Source: Guillardia theta CCMP2712 (Eukaryota > Protista > Cryptophyta). From it: a stretch of 64,000 bases of DNA. The stretch spans positions 62,001 through 126,000 of the forward strand of contig NW_005434649.1 of assembly GCF_000315625.1 (NCBI RefSeq). The letters are read 5' to 3'. The notes beneath the pieces are model-generated. The model searched no databases and was not told where the DNA came from. It worked only from the letters and a program-made list of their open reading frames with translations. The translations under genes were made by a program, and so were the position numbers. Shown here one piece after another: positions 62,929-64,000 of this stretch (positions within the stretch are counted from its first letter, which is position 1; the number at the start of each line of letters is the position of its first letter).

Positions 62929-64000
62929 ATGGAGCGAGGGAAGAAGGCTGGCAGGAGCCGCGGGGAGGTAGAGAGAGGAAGAGACGGTGCAACAGACGCT
63001 GGCGAGTGCGGGCATCCTTCCTGTCCAGATCTTCTGGAGGAGGAGCAGGCCGCGGTCTGCCCTCTGCTTCTGGAAGAAGCTGGGCATGCGCGGGGCAACG
63101 ACGCTGTTGATGTTCATGGAGGGATCCGAGATGATGGGAGGGATAAGGACGTACGGGGAGGAAAAACAACTCAGTCTCGATTTGACTGTAGCTTCTCCTA
63201 TCTTCTGCATTTTGCATCTGTTATTTTTTCAGGCAGCGGGACTCAAACTTCGAATTGTCGATACATTCTCAGCCATCTCAGACTTGCTCTGGATGGGATG
63301 AGCGGCGTTTTGTATTCTTTCGTTCTCAGTCTCGATAGCAGGCGAGCTCAACGGTCATGTGTTCAACCGCTCAGCCTCAACGTGTTCCTCTGCTCCATCG
63401 TGATGTTGAACATTTTCGCTACAACTCTTGCATCTACCAGCTCAATGTTCCCTGATACTAATGTTTCATGTTGCAATCGAGATGTTGTTCTGAATTCGAG
63501 AGCACCTTTGCTCTGGTCATATGTTTCGGAAGGATCTTGGTACTCACATTATTGTGGTTCAATGGATTTGTCTTATGTAATCTCTGGGATCCCTCCGCGC
63601 TACTACGTCACGCAATGGCGAGGTATTTTGATTTGCTCTTTGTCAAGTTCGATTCTGACTCTTGTTTGCCAGCGCGGGTCGGGGGAACGTTTCGTGGCCC
63701 AACTGATCTAGAGCGCAAGGCTAGAATCTTGAGGGCCCAGGATCCCCTATCAGCATCCAGCCTACCTACACTTTTGGGCGAATCAGTCAAATTTGACGGC
63801 TTCGATGATTTTCTCTTGCTGGATCAAGCTGCCTCCTTGGACAACCTGACGTCCAGCATGACTCTAGTGGTTGCCTTTGCTGTCGATGGGGAGTTGACTA
63901 AAAGCTCTTGGATCCTCAGCACAAACGACCTCGAGTCGCCCTACCCTGTCGGACCCAAGGGGTTCGGACTATACCTTGATGAGTTTGGTGCCCTACGGCC
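62929..64000 (+). CDS. Membrane-anchored LamG/concanavalin-A-like domain protein, partial
   Basis: Hydrophobic LNVFLCSIVMLNIFATTLA. The exon from ~63673 reads ESVKFDGFDDFLLL...LTSSMTLVVAF...WILS...GFGLYLDEFGALR, open to the window end. Confidence 0.55.

Overview
Gene-dense, intron-rich eukaryotic nuclear DNA with no prokaryotic features (no rRNA, tRNA, CRISPR or recognisable transposase). Short 40-60 nt GT-AG introns are mixed with microsatellite-filled introns. Together with a bipartite plastid-targeting presequence (signal peptide + AxA/F), this points to an alga with a red-derived complex plastid, most likely a cryptophyte such as Guillardia (inference). About 20 genes were assembled by hand. 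Well supported: iGluR-type ligand-binding protein (partial), ARM-like protein, NTAQ1, Na/Pi cotransporter, EF-hand/WD40 protein, TPR+GT41 OGT-like enzyme, CryP-type cryptochrome, ABC1 kinase, Sec14 protein, 2OG-Fe(II) oxygenase, SAM protein, EF-hand protein, ELO elongase, LRR protein and BCAT. More tentative: a PDZ/OPR-like protein, a plastid-targeted ubiquitin-like protein, a LamG protein (partial) and several hypothetical proteins. The strongest lead is an MTHFR-like flavoprotein domain spliced in frame to a plant-like cryptochrome/photolyase. Other leads are an OGT-type GT41 with a signal peptide, a plastid-targeted protein carrying a UBL/SUMO-like domain, nested phage-tail-like motifs inside an LRR protein, and a recurrent GGGTAGGG-type intergenic motif. 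All family calls come from motif recognition by eye. Exon boundaries are manual and some gene ends are approximate.
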